The notes beneath the pieces are model-generated. The model was given only the letters and a program-made list of their open reading frames with translations, was not told the origin of the DNA and made no database searches. A DNA stretch of 64,000 nucleotides from Deltaproteobacteria bacterium (GTDB taxonomy: Bacteria; Myxococcota; JACRCW01): positions 1 through 64,000 of the forward strand of contig JACRCW010000136.1 of assembly GCA_016218805.1 (NCBI GenBank). Reading direction: 5' to 3'. Below are positions 55,001-64,000 of this stretch, piece by piece. Every line of letters begins with the position of its first letter. Positions within the stretch are counted from its first letter, which is position 1. Made by a program: the position numbers and the translations under genes.

Positions 55001-55924
55001 TCAACGGCCTCCCCGCCTTCTCTTGGGCACTTCCACGGTATCCAGGTCCATGAGCGCCACCACATCCGGGTGCACCGCGCGCGCCTCTTCCAAGAGCGGC
55101 GTGACGTCGTCATAGCGCTGCGAGAAATGCGTGAGCGCCAGGCGCCGCGCACCGGCCTCAACCGCCATGCGCGCGGCCTGGGCGGCGGTGCAGTGGGCGT
55201 ACTGGCGCGCTTCGTCCTCGTGCGCGGTGGCAAACGTGCTTTCCATGACCGCCAGGTCCGCGCCGCGCGCCAATTCCACGGCATTGCGGCACGGGCGGGT
55301 ATCCATGACAAACGCAAACGCCTGACCCGGCCGCGGGTGGGACACGTCTTCACGCCGCACGGTGGTCCCGTTCACCCGCAGCGTCCCGTCCCGCTCGAGG
55401 TCGGCCACGCGGGGTCCGCGCACGCCGGCCTGCTCCAGCAGCGCCGCATCAAAGCTGACGCCGTCATGTTCCTGCAGGCGGTAGCCAAAGCAGTCCACGC
55501 GGTGCTCCAGCCGCCGGGTGGTCAGCGTGAATCCCTCCGTCCGCAGCAGCACGCCCTCCCGCTCCACCGGGTGCGGGTGGATGACCGCATTCTCCGCAAA
55601 GATGGACGCAAAACGCAGCTTTTCAAAGAACCGCTGGCCGCTGCCCGGGTAATACACGTGAATGGGATGGGCGGCGCGGTCCAGGTTGAGCCGCTGCACC
55701 ACGCCGGCCAGGCCCAGGCAGTGGTCGCCGTGGAAGTGCGTGATGCAGATGTGCGTGATGGCGGAGGCGTTGAGGTTGGCAAAGGCCAGCTGGCGCTGGG
55801 TTCCTTCGCCGGGGTCAAACAGGATCCCCACGTCATCCCAGCGCAGGAACGCGCCGTGGTGGTTGCGCTTCTTGGTGGGCGCCTGGCTCTGCGTCCCCAG
55901 CGCAATGAACTCCCGCTTGCTCAT
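55001..55924 (-). CDS. rnz: Ribonuclease Z
   Basis: LGT..P..RN, DPGEGTQRQ, THFHGDH, DTRP and THFSQRY motifs. Confidence 0.93.
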   Translation of the reverse strand: MSKREFIALGTQSQAPTKKRNHHGAFLRWDDVGILFDPGEGTQRQLAFANLNASAITHICITHFHGDHCLGLAGVVQRLNLDRAAHPIHVYYPGSGQRFFEKLRFASIFAENAVIHPHPVEREGVLLRTEGFTLTTRRLEHRVDCFGYRLQEHDGVSFDAALLEQAGVRGPRVADLERDGTLRVNGTTVRREDVSHPRPGQAFAFVMDTRPCRNAVELARGADLAVMESTFATAHEDEARQYAHCTAAQAARMAVEAGARRLALTHFSQRYDDVTPLLEEARAVHPDVVALMDLDTVEVPKRRRGGR

Positions 55925-56430
55925 CCCGCCTCCGGGCGCCGCTTCACAAACAGCACTTCGCCATGCTGCGGGACAATCATCCCCGCCACCTCACCCACAC
56001 GCGCGTAACCCAGCCGCGTGTAGAACGCCTGCCCGCGCGGGTTGAAACTGGAGCAGAACAGGAACAGCAGCGGCACGTGGCGGAACACCAGTTCCTCAAC
56101 GTGGCGGACCATGGCTTCACCCACCTTCTGGCCGCGCGCTTCCGGCGCCACCGCCACGGTTCGGATGTACGCGGAATAGCCTATGAACCCGCGCGGCTCA
56201 TACCGCACAAACCCCAGCAACCGCCCGCCCGGTTCCTCCTCCGCCACAATGCCGGGGATGGGGTGCTCCATGAGCGAGCGCAGCGCGTGCTCCTCGGTGA
56301 CCCCCAGGGTGACCCACGGGTCGCTCCCGGCCATCAGGGTGGCGACGTCCCCGTAGTGGTGGGGCGCCAGCGGCCGGAGGTGGAAGGCGGGGGTGGGCGG
56401 CATGATTCGCGACGGGGTGGGGGACGGCAT
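55921..56430 (-). CDS. GNAT family acetyltransferase
   Basis: VAVAPEARGQKVG and N..GQAFY.RLGY motifs. Confidence 0.88.
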   Translation of the reverse strand: MPSPTPSRIMPPTPAFHLRPLAPHHYGDVATLMAGSDPWVTLGVTEEHALRSLMEHPIPGIVAEEEPGGRLLGFVRYEPRGFIGYSAYIRTVAVAPEARGQKVGEAMVRHVEELVFRHVPLLFLFCSSFNPRGQAFYTRLGYARVGEVAGMIVPQHGEVLFVKRRPEAG

Positions 56431-56478
56431 GCTACCGCTACGGGCGGGTGACCGTTAGCACCCGGGGCAAATCGGGCC

Positions 56479-58350
56479 GTGACCAAGTTCACCCCAACCG
56501 CCGCCGCGGGCGCGCTGCTCGGCGGCCGATATCGCGTAGAAACCGAGCTGGGGCGCGGTGGCATGGGCGTGGTCTACGCGTGCCTGGATGAGCCGCTGGG
56601 CCGCAAGGTGGCAGTCAAGACGCTGTCCGTGGGCCTGCTGGGCCGGGACCGTGAAGCGCGCATGCGGCGCTTCCAGCGCGAGGTGCAGGCGCTGGTGCAG
56701 CTGGACCACGGCGGCATCCTGCACATCTACGACGCGGGCGAGGCGGACGACCCCTCCGTGGGATGGGTGCTGTACTACGCCATGGAGCTCATTGAGGGTG
56801 AGACGCTGTCTGAGCGCCTCATCCGCGGCGGCGCCATGGAGCGCGGCCAGGCGTGCGCCGTGGTGCTCAAGTGCGCCGAAGCGCTGGGCACCGCGCACAA
56901 CCGCGGCATCGTCCACCGGGACGTGAAGCCGGCCAACATCTTCCTGGCCGAGGGCGGCCGCGTCGTCGTGGCGGACTTTGGGGTGTGCAAGATTGAGGGC
57001 GGCACGGAGATCACGCGCAAGGACCAGATGGTGGGCACACCGTCCTACCTGGCGCCCGAACAGATCCTGGGGCTGCCGGTGGATCCGCGCACGGACGTGT
57101 TTGCGCTGGGCGCGCTGTTGTACGTGCTCATCACCAACAGCGCGCTGCGCCCGCAACTGGACCGCGCGGGCCTGTCCCGCCTGGCCGCCACCGACGACGC
57201 CGCCAACCGCGCACGCGCCATCAAGGGCGCGCCGGATGGCTTGCCGCAGATCATTGCGCGGGCGCTCGCGCGGGATCCCAAGGACCGCTACCCCAGCGGC
57301 ACGGAGCTGGCTGAGGCGTTGGAGGCGTTTGCCACGCGCGTACCGCAGCCCTTTGAGGACGCGGCGGCATCCGCGGCGGCGGACGTCCCGCGCGCGGCGC
57401 TGGGCGGCGGGACCATGTCCGCGTTCACCAGCCAGCGGGAGTCCAGCACGCCCGGCGCCGGCGCCCCCGCCCGCCTGCCCGTGGACGCGGACCCGGACAC
57501 CCTGGCTGAGGGCGGCCTGCCGCCCTCACTGTCTGAAACGTCCAACCCCGTGGAAACCGCCGGCTACGCCCCGGAGGATGACGACGACCACGAGGTGACC
57601 GACCCGGTGCGCGCCGCGCCGCCCATGGAGGAGGCGGAGCAGACGGACCGCCGCGCGCAGGCGCCTGAACCGGTGCGGCCTGCCATGCAGACTTCGGGTC
57701 CGGGCGTGCGGGTGTCCACGTCACACGGGGTGCTGAAAGCGGAGGTCAACCGCGCTTCCAGCGTGCAGGCGGCGCCCGTGCAGGAGCGCGTGCGGACGCC
57801 GTCCACGCCCGCCGCGCCGGTGGCGTCCCCTGCGCCGGACCTGGAGAAGACAGACCGCACGCGTGAGCGCCGCCGGCCTCCAGCGCTGTTGATGCGTGCG
57901 CTGGCGGCCCCGCCCTGGATGCTGATGGCGGGCGCGTTTGCGGCGGTGTTCCTGGTGGGGGGACTGGTGGCGCTGCTGACCCGGACGGCTCCCGCGGCGC
58001 CCCCGGTGGCCGCGGTGGCGCCGGTGGAGCCGGCTGCCGCACCCGCGGCGCCCGCGGAACCGGTGCCGGCGGTATGCCTGCGCAAGGCGGAGGGCACCCC
58101 CAACTACCGCGAAGTGCAGGCCCTGGTGGAGCGGGCCGGCGCGCTGGACAAGAAGGAGCCCCGCAAGGCGCAGCCGTTGTGGGAGAAGGCGCTGGCCATG
58201 GACCCGCAGGACTGGCAGGCGCACCGCGGCCTGGCGCGCACGCTCAAGAAGACCGGTCACGCGGACAAGGCGCGCGTCCACCTGCTGTGCGTCGTCGCCA
58301 TCCGGCCCGGCACGGCGGAAGCGGATGAAGCGCAGGCTGAGCTGCGCTGA
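56479..58350 (+). CDS. Ser/Thr protein kinase with TM and C-terminal TPR
   Basis: GRGGMG, VAVK, HRDVKPAN, DFG and GTPSYLAPE motifs. Confidence 0.93.
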   Translation: MTKFTPTAAAGALLGGRYRVETELGRGGMGVVYACLDEPLGRKVAVKTLSVGLLGRDREARMRRFQREVQALVQLDHGGILHIYDAGEADDPSVGWVLYYAMELIEGETLSERLIRGGAMERGQACAVVLKCAEALGTAHNRGIVHRDVKPANIFLAEGGRVVVADFGVCKIEGGTEITRKDQMVGTPSYLAPEQILGLPVDPRTDVFALGALLYVLITNSALRPQLDRAGLSRLAATDDAANRARAIKGAPDGLPQIIARALARDPKDRYPSGTELAEALEAFATRVPQPFEDAAASAAADVPRAALGGGTMSAFTSQRESSTPGAGAPARLPVDADPDTLAEGGLPPSLSETSNPVETAGYAPEDDDDHEVTDPVRAAPPMEEAEQTDRRAQAPEPVRPAMQTSGPGVRVSTSHGVLKAEVNRASSVQAAPVQERVRTPSTPAAPVASPAPDLEKTDRTRERRRPPALLMRALAAPPWMLMAGAFAAVFLVGGLVALLTRTAPAAPPVAAVAPVEPAAAPAAPAEPVPAVCLRKAEGTPNYREVQALVERAGALDKKEPRKAQPLWEKALAMDPQDWQAHRGLARTLKKTGHADKARVHLLCVVAIRPGTAEADEAQAELR

Positions 58351-58397
58351 GCCTGTTGGTGAACCCCTCACACGCCCAACGGCGATTTCGCGGCCTC

Positions 58398-59417
58398 ATG
58401 CCTGAAAACCCTCACGACGCGCTGTTTCGCCAGACGTTCTCGGTACCGGAGCAGGCGGCGGGCTTGTTCCGCTCCGTGTTGCCGCCTGCGGTTGTGCAAC
58501 GGCTGGACCTTGCCACCCTGACGGCGCTGCAGGACAGCTTTGTGGACGCCGCGCTGAAGGACCGCGAGACTGACCTGTTGTTCTCGGTCGCGCTCGCGGG
58601 CCGGCCTGCGCTCATCTACCTGTTGCTGGAGCACCAGAGCACCGTGGACGCGCGCATGCCGTTCCGGTTGCTGCGGTACATGGTGCTGGCCTGGGAGGCG
58701 TTCCTGGCGCGCGAGCCCAAGGCGACGCGGCTGCCCGCCATCATCCCCGTGGTGGTTCACCACAGCCGCGCCGGATGGACGGCGCCGCGGTCGCTGCAGG
58801 GGCTGCTGGATGTGGACGCCGCGACGTTGGCGGCCGTGGGGGAGCACGTGGTGCGCTTCACCATGGTGCTGGATGACCTCGGGGCGGTGGATGACGCGGC
58901 ATTGCAGTCTCGCGCGTTGGCGGCGTTGGGGCGGCTGGTGTTGCTGTGTCTCAAGCACGCGCGGGATGCTCAGGACCTGGGCCAGCATCTGGTGCGGTGG
59001 GCGGCCCTGGTGCATCAGGTGCTCGCCACCCCACATGGTCAGGCGGCCCTTGTCAGCGTGCTGCGCTATGCTCTGGCGGTGAACAATCAGACGTCTGCCC
59101 AGGAGCTGCGGAGACGCGTGGCGGAGTTGGGCCCAAAAGCGGAGGCATCCATGGTCACGGCGGCCGACCTGTTGCGGCAGGAAGGAAGGAAACAGGGGTT
59201 GGAGCAGGGGTTGGAGCAGGGGCGGCGCGCCGTGTTGCGGGAGCTGCTGGCGGACCGGTTTGGTGAGCTGCCTGCCAAGGCGGAGCGTCACCTCCAATCC
59301 GCCGACGAAGCCGAGTTGAGAGCGATGGCCCACCGCGTGCTCACCGCCGCGTCCCTGGCGGAGGTTCTGCAGGGTCGGTCCGGCGCGCCGGGCAAGGGAA
59401 GGCGGCGTCGCCTGTAG
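58398..59417 (+). CDS. Rpn/YhgA-like recombination-promoting nuclease (Transposase_31 family)
   Basis: PHDALF, SFVD..L, TDLLFS, LLEHQS, RLLRY and LP.IIPVV motifs; GxEQG repeats; DUF4351-like tail. Confidence 0.92.
   Translation: MPENPHDALFRQTFSVPEQAAGLFRSVLPPAVVQRLDLATLTALQDSFVDAALKDRETDLLFSVALAGRPALIYLLLEHQSTVDARMPFRLLRYMVLAWEAFLAREPKATRLPAIIPVVVHHSRAGWTAPRSLQGLLDVDAATLAAVGEHVVRFTMVLDDLGAVDDAALQSRALAALGRLVLLCLKHARDAQDLGQHLVRWAALVHQVLATPHGQAALVSVLRYALAVNNQTSAQELRRRVAELGPKAEASMVTAADLLRQEGRKQGLEQGLEQGRRAVLRELLADRFGELPAKAERHLQSADEAELRAMAHRVLTAASLAEVLQGRSGAPGKGRRRRL
59151..59417 (+). CDS. Putative nested in-frame RpnS-like antitoxin (88 aa)
   Basis: GGAGG (59141-59145), 5-nt spacer, ATG of MVTAADLLRQEG, at the position where small Rpn isoforms are known to start. 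Confidence 0.6.
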   Translation: MVTAADLLRQEGRKQGLEQGLEQGRRAVLRELLADRFGELPAKAERHLQSADEAELRAMAHRVLTAASLAEVLQGRSGAPGKGRRRRL

Positions 59418-59481
59418 CACCGGCCGGCTTGACGGGTGGCGATGCGCCACCGTAACGCTCGGCGCATCACCGGAGTTGCCC

Positions 59482-59979
59482 GTGCGCTGCCCCTTCTGCC
59501 GGAGCCTGGATAACCACGTTGTTGACAGCCGCACCACGGAGGACGGCGGAGCCATCCGCCGCCGCCGCCAGTGCCACGGCTGCCAGAAGCGCTACACGTC
59601 CTATGAGCGCGTGGAGGAGGTGCTTCCCGTGGTGGTCAAGCGGGACGGCCGCCGCGAGCCCTTTGACCGGCGCAAGCTGCAGGCGGGCCTCACCCGCGCG
59701 TGTGAAAAGCGCCCGGTGGGGACGCTGGCGGTGGACCGCGTGGTGGAGAAGCTGGAGCGCCGGCTGGTGGAGGACGGGGACCGGGAGGTCAGCTCCGTCA
59801 CCCTGGGCGAATGGGTGATGGAGCACCTGCGCGAACTGGACGAGGTGGCCTACGTGCGGTTTGCCTCCGTGTACCGCAGCTTTGCCGACGTGACGGAGTT
59901 CACCGCGGAGGTGGAGCGCCTGCGCCGGGAGGCCTCCGTTCCGCCGCCGCCGCGGCCGCCCAAGGTGGCGGACGCATGA
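59482..59979 (+). CDS. nrdR: Transcriptional repressor NrdR
   Basis: MRCPFC, DSR, RRRRQC, ATP cone and VAYVRFASVY motifs. Confidence 0.96.
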   Translation: MRCPFCRSLDNHVVDSRTTEDGGAIRRRRQCHGCQKRYTSYERVEEVLPVVVKRDGRREPFDRRKLQAGLTRACEKRPVGTLAVDRVVEKLERRLVEDGDREVSSVTLGEWVMEHLRELDEVAYVRFASVYRSFADVTEFTAEVERLRREASVPPPPRPPKVADA

Positions 59980-61112
59980 GCGGGCCGCTCCGGGCCGACC
60001 ATCCGCGGCACCGGGAGCTGATGCAGGTCGCGTTGAGGCGGGCGGTGCGCGCGCTTGGCCGCACGCGCCCCAACCCGTGCGTGGGCGCCGTGGTGGCGCG
60101 GGACGGGCACATCCTGTCCGTGGGCCACCACGCGCGCGCCGGCACCGCCCACGCGGAGGTCATTGCGCTGCGGAAAGCCGGTCCAGCCGCGCGCGGCGCA
60201 GACCTGTACGTGACCCTGGAGCCGTGCAACCACCACGGCCGCACGCCGCCGTGCACGGACGCGGTCCTGCAGGCGGGAATCGCCCGGGCGTTTGTTGCCA
60301 TCCCGGACGACAACCCACGTGTGACCGGGGGAGGGATTGCCCGGTTGCGCGCGGCGGGCGTGGAAGTGCACGTGGGCCTGTTGGCCGGGCCAGCGCGGGA
60401 CCTGGTCAGCGGCTTCTTCATGCGATGCGCAGCGGACCGGCCGGAGGTCATCCTCAAGGCCGCGGTTTCTGTCGACGGGCGCCTGGCCACCGCCGCGGGT
60501 CAGAGCGCGGGCTTGTCCGGCCCACGCGCGCACGCCTGGCTGCACCGGCTGCGGGACCGCGTGGATGGGATCCTCGTCGGCGCGGGCACCGTGGCGGCGG
60601 ACAGCCCGCGGCTCACCGCGCGGCGCCCACCGCTGGGCGCCCGCGGCCGGCGTGACTGGGTGCGCATCATCGTGGACTCCGCGCTGCGCACCGCCGGAAA
60701 CCCGGGTGTGTGGTCGGATCCGTCGGCTCCCGCACCCTGGTTTCTGTGCGCTGTGGATGCGCCGCAGGATGCCGTGGACGCACTGCGTACGCGCGGTGCC
60801 ACCGTGCACGCTGTGCCGCGGACCGCGCGCGGTCTGGACCTGCGCCAGGCCCTGGGCTGGCTGGGCGCACAGGGCCTCACACGCCTGCTGGTTGAAGGCG
60901 GCGCGCAGATCCACGGCAGCCTGCTGGCGGACCGCTTGGCGGATCGGGTGGCGCTGGTGGTCACGCCGCGCCTGTTGGGGGATTCCGCTGTGCCCATGGC
61001 ACGTTGGAGCGGCCCGGACCAGTTGGACCACACCATTGTGCTGGAACATCCCACTTGGCGCCGCCTCGGCGAAGACACACTCTTGGAAGGGATGGTCCGA
61101 TATCGAGAATGA
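59976..61112 (+). CDS. ribD: Riboflavin biosynthesis deaminase/reductase RibD
   Basis: PNPCVGAV, HAEV, TLEPCNH.GRTPPC and LLVEGG motifs; ATGA overlap with nrdR. Confidence 0.95.
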   Translation: MSGPLRADHPRHRELMQVALRRAVRALGRTRPNPCVGAVVARDGHILSVGHHARAGTAHAEVIALRKAGPAARGADLYVTLEPCNHHGRTPPCTDAVLQAGIARAFVAIPDDNPRVTGGGIARLRAAGVEVHVGLLAGPARDLVSGFFMRCAADRPEVILKAAVSVDGRLATAAGQSAGLSGPRAHAWLHRLRDRVDGILVGAGTVAADSPRLTARRPPLGARGRRDWVRIIVDSALRTAGNPGVWSDPSAPAPWFLCAVDAPQDAVDALRTRGATVHAVPRTARGLDLRQALGWLGAQGLTRLLVEGGAQIHGSLLADRLADRVALVVTPRLLGDSAVPMARWSGPDQLDHTIVLEHPTWRRLGEDTLLEGMVRYRE

Positions 61113-61364
61113 AACCACGGCGACGCGTCACTCCCTGACAGCGTTGCCGCAGGCAGAGCAGGAGGTGGGCAGCAGTAGGACGTCATGGCGCACCGCAGAA
61201 TGGCCGCAGGCATCACACAGTCCGTTTTTGCCACTCCACGTGCAGCCGGGTAAGAATGAATGGCGTGGTTGGTGCGTACAAGAGAAGGAGGGCACGAATT
61301 GAGGCCTGGCTGGGAATCGGGAGACGCGCTGGGTCGTTGGAAGGGGTGAGGGCAGGAGGATGTC

Positions 61365-61580
61365 ATGTTGAGCGTGGAGGTCATTGACGCGTTGAGGCGC
61401 GAGGAAGAGCAGCGGCGCGAGGAAGCTGAGCGCTCCATCGTGCGTGTCCCCGTGGACAGGCCTGAGGAGCAGGAGCGTCCCCGCGAAGAGGCCGCCGCAT
61501 CCGAACAGCCCAGCCGTGGGGTGCTCGTCTTGGACATGAGCCGGGATGACACCGAAGAGTTCCGCATCGCCTCCTGGTGA
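61365..61580 (+). CDS. Small acidic/charged hypothetical protein
   Basis: AGGAGG SD; 71 aa; ..IDALRRE.. and RGVLVLDM segments. Confidence 0.65.
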   Translation: MLSVEVIDALRREEEQRREEAERSIVRVPVDRPEEQERPREEAAASEQPSRGVLVLDMSRDDTEEFRIASW

Positions 61581-61883
61581 AGGGCGACGCGGATTGGCAG
61601 CCAGGTTGCGCGTTTGATCGCGCGGGTTGTCGTCGCCTCAGAAATCCCCGCTGACCTCCGCAAGGCGCCCCCAGGGCGCCTTGTTCCGTTCCGGGGGCCC
61701 GCACGCCCACGTTCCAGCGCAAACGGTTCGCGGTGTGAAATGCGACCCCGCGGCCTGCGGCTGTTATGGTCCGGCTCCCATCAAGGGGGGCGTGCGCGGG
61801 ATCACGGGCCGGGGTTTCGGCCTGCGGCGGCGACGGGGTCAGTCTTCTGGCAGCAGGAGACGGACCGTGAGGGCGTGGAAGCC

Positions 61884-62411
61884 GTGACGGACCAGGAGCT
61901 CCTCAGGAAGCTGTACGAAGCGTACGGGGCCACCGTCTACCGCCGGTGCGTCTACCTGCTGCGTAACGACGAGGACGCACGGGACGCCATGCACGACGTG
62001 TTCATCAAGGTGTCAAGAAGTCTGGACCAGTTCCGCGGGGAAGCCAGCCCGCTCACCTGGATCACGCGGATTGCCACCAACCACTGCCTGAACATCATCC
62101 GGGCCCGCAAGGCAGCGTGGCACGAACAGTTCCGACGGTTCGTGGAGCACAAGGCCCAGGAGAATGGTCCGTCCCAGCGGCTGGTGGACAGAAACCAGTT
62201 TGTCCAGGTGGTGTTGGCGCTGTGCGACAAGGAAACGCAGGAAGCCGCCATCTACTACTTTGTGGACGAGATGACGCAGGAGGAAGTTGCCGGCGTCCTG
62301 GGTATTTCCGTCCCCACGCTGCGAAAGCGCCTGCGGAGCTTCATCGACACCGCGCGGCGCGAGCTCCTCAAGATTGACCCGGACCTGAGGCTCCGGGCCG
62401 CGCCCATCTGA
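61884..62411 (+). CDS. ECF RNA polymerase sigma factor
   Basis: Region 2 (DARDAMHDVF, TWITRIATNHCLN) and region 4 (MTQEEVAGVLG). Confidence 0.92.
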   Translation: MTDQELLRKLYEAYGATVYRRCVYLLRNDEDARDAMHDVFIKVSRSLDQFRGEASPLTWITRIATNHCLNIIRARKAAWHEQFRRFVEHKAQENGPSQRLVDRNQFVQVVLALCDKETQEAAIYYFVDEMTQEEVAGVLGISVPTLRKRLRSFIDTARRELLKIDPDLRLRAAPI

Positions 62412-62420
62412 GGAGGAACC

Positions 62421-63242
62421 ATGGAACCCCTCGAATTCGATCTGGCCGACCCGGCGGTTCCTCCTTGCGGGCGCACCCGTCACACGCTGCGCCGCCACTT
62501 TGCCGGCGAGCTGGACGCCGCCGCCCGGGCGGACCTGGACAATCACTTGAAGGAATGCCTGGACTGCCAAGCCGTGCTTGCAGAATTGAAGAGCGATGAA
62601 GCGGCCTTCAAGGTGCACATCCCGTTTGCCCGGTTTGCGGACCAGCATGAGAAGCGGCTGGCGGCGGCAAGCCCGGTTCGCACGGGGCTCTCCAACTTCT
62701 GGAAGACGGTCTTTGGCGGCGGGGTTGCGCTGGCCGCGGCCATGACCGCGGCGGCGTTTCTCCTCATCCCGGCACCCCGCCCCGAAGACCAGCTCACGGA
62801 ACGCATCAAGGGCGGCGGCATTGGCTTCCTGTTGCGCACCTCAGACGGCGTGCGTGCCGGGCGGGACGGCGAAACGCTCAAGCCGGGCGACCAGATCCAG
62901 TTCTTTGTGAAAGCGCCGGAAGACACGGAGGTCGTCGTCGTCGGCGTGGATGGGAAGGGTGCGGTGAGCGTGTACCACGTGGGCCGCGTGGTGGCGGTGG
63001 ACGGGCGCGCGGCACCGCTGCCGGACAGCGTGGTGCTGGATGATGCGGTGGGACCGGAGCGGTTCTTTGCCGTGTACGGGCGCGGGTTTGCGGCGGGTGA
63101 GCTCAAGGCGCTGGTGCAGAAGGCGGCGGAGAAGATGGTGGCTGACGGGGCGGACCTGCGGGCGGTGGAGACGCTGCCGCTGGACCTTCCGGCGGACAAG
63201 GCGCAGCAGAGCAGTGTCCACATTGTGAAGCTTGCCCGGTGA
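62421..63242 (+). CDS. Zinc-binding anti-sigma factor (zf-HC2) with TM and DUF4384-like domain
   Basis: HLKECLDC; TM; RIKGG; L.PGD.IQF; LPDSVVLDDAVGPERF. Confidence 0.85.
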   Translation: MEPLEFDLADPAVPPCGRTRHTLRRHFAGELDAAARADLDNHLKECLDCQAVLAELKSDEAAFKVHIPFARFADQHEKRLAAASPVRTGLSNFWKTVFGGGVALAAAMTAAAFLLIPAPRPEDQLTERIKGGGIGFLLRTSDGVRAGRDGETLKPGDQIQFFVKAPEDTEVVVVGVDGKGAVSVYHVGRVVAVDGRAAPLPDSVVLDDAVGPERFFAVYGRGFAAGELKALVQKAAEKMVADGADLRAVETLPLDLPADKAQQSSVHIVKLAR

Positions 63243-63245
63243 CCC

Positions 63246-64000
63246 ATGGCGGCCGTGGGCACAGCGGGCGCGCGGGCAGGGCCAGGTGGGTGCTGGCTGC
63301 TGGCGCTGGTGATGACGGGGTGGGTGCTGCCGGCCACGGCCCGGGCAGACGTGGTGCGGCGCGCGCTGCTCATCTCACACGCGGACGGCGGCAAGGGCCT
63401 GCAGAAGCTGCGTTACGCGGACCGCGATGTTGCCAAGGTCAAGGACACGCTGGTGGACCTGGGCGGCTTCCTCCCCGGCGACGTGGACGTGGCCAAGGAC
63501 GAGGACAGCCCGGGCGTGCTGCGCCGGCTGGCGGTCATTGAGGAGCGGATCCGATCCGACAAGGCGGCGGGGCGGGAGACGCTGCTGCTGGTCTACTATT
63601 CGGGCCATTCCAAGGACGGGTTCCTGCGGTTGGGCGCCACGCGCCTGGACCTGGACCTGCTGCGCGGCCTGCTGCAGGACAGCGGCGCGGATGTGCGCAT
63701 TGCGGTGCTGGACAGCTGCGGCGCCGGTGAACTCACGCGCGAAAAAGGCGGCTCCCGCGCCCCGCCGCTCGTCGTCAGCGTGGATGACGCGCTCACCGCG
63801 CGCGGCCAGGTGATCATTGCATCGTCGTCCGAGACGGAGGCCAGCCAGGAGTCCGACGAGATCCAGGGATCCTTTTTCACGCATTACTGGGTCAGCGGGC
63901 TGCGCGGGGACGCGGACCGCAGCGGCGATGGGCGGGTCACCCTGGAGGAGGCGTATGCCTACGCGTACGAACGCACCGTCTCCGCCACCCTGCACACGCG
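63246..64000 (+). CDS. Secreted caspase-like (peptidase C14) protein, runs off the window end
   Basis: Manual translation gives a signal peptide, LRYADRD, YYSGH (catalytic His), LDSC (catalytic Cys), SQES..GSFFTHY and LRGDAD..GDG.VTL.EAY; absent from the ORF track because it has no stop. Confidence 0.88.
   Translation, partial: MAAVGTAGARAGPGGCWLLALVMTGWVLPATARADVVRRALLISHADGGKGLQKLRYADRDVAKVKDTLVDLGGFLPGDVDVAKDEDSPGVLRRLAVIEERIRSDKAAGRETLLLVYYSGHSKDGFLRLGATRLDLDLLRGLLQDSGADVRIAVLDSCGAGELTREKGGSRAPPLVVSVDDALTARGQVIIASSSETEASQESDEIQGSFFTHYWVSGLRGDADRSGDGRVTLEEAYAYAYERTVSATLHT

Noticed and set aside
58350..59480. Rpn gene as an insertion sequence
   Set aside because: No terminal inverted repeats or target duplication were seen, and the family is not shown to be a true transposase.
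59418..59481. FMN riboswitch upstream of nrdR-ribD
   Set aside because: The region is too short and lacks RFN motifs. It has only a small inverted repeat (59435-59451) and a possible promoter.

Overview
This 64-kb window is high-GC bacterial chromosome. Its gene content (Ser/Thr kinases, FHA/GYF/zinc-ribbon proteins, DUF4388, a roadblock protein, Cys-rich lipoproteins, an ECF-anti-sigma-caspase module) suggests a myxobacterium or a related Deltaproteobacterium; this is inference. Housekeeping content includes nuoAB, a lysine-fermentation cluster (kamA-kamD-kamE-kal-kce), a fragmented liv ABC transporter, RNase E/G, accA, RNase Z and nrdR-ribD. Seven observations stand out. (1) A ~2.6-kb element is integrated at tRNA-Thr(CGT), bounded by a 72-bp att duplication and five TGACCCACT arm-like repeats. 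It has no integrase and carries an XRE-ImmA/IrrE regulator, an apparently disarmed PIN protein and an AbiEi relic, and a second TA pair follows it. (2) A translationally coupled complex II-like operon keeps its heme and Fe-S ligands, but its flavoprotein has lost the catalytic motifs and the capping domain. (3) An SPFH + NAD-kinase-like operon has two GTGT-N7-ACAC (NrtR-type) boxes. (4) An Rpn gene has a probable nested antitoxin start. (5) A basic, nucleoid-protein-like gene sits inside the liv operon. (6) A secreted metacaspase lies downstream of an ECF sigma/anti-sigma pair. (7) Core genes appear to avoid TCGA, while the island does not. All family calls come from recognising motifs by eye; no database searches were run.
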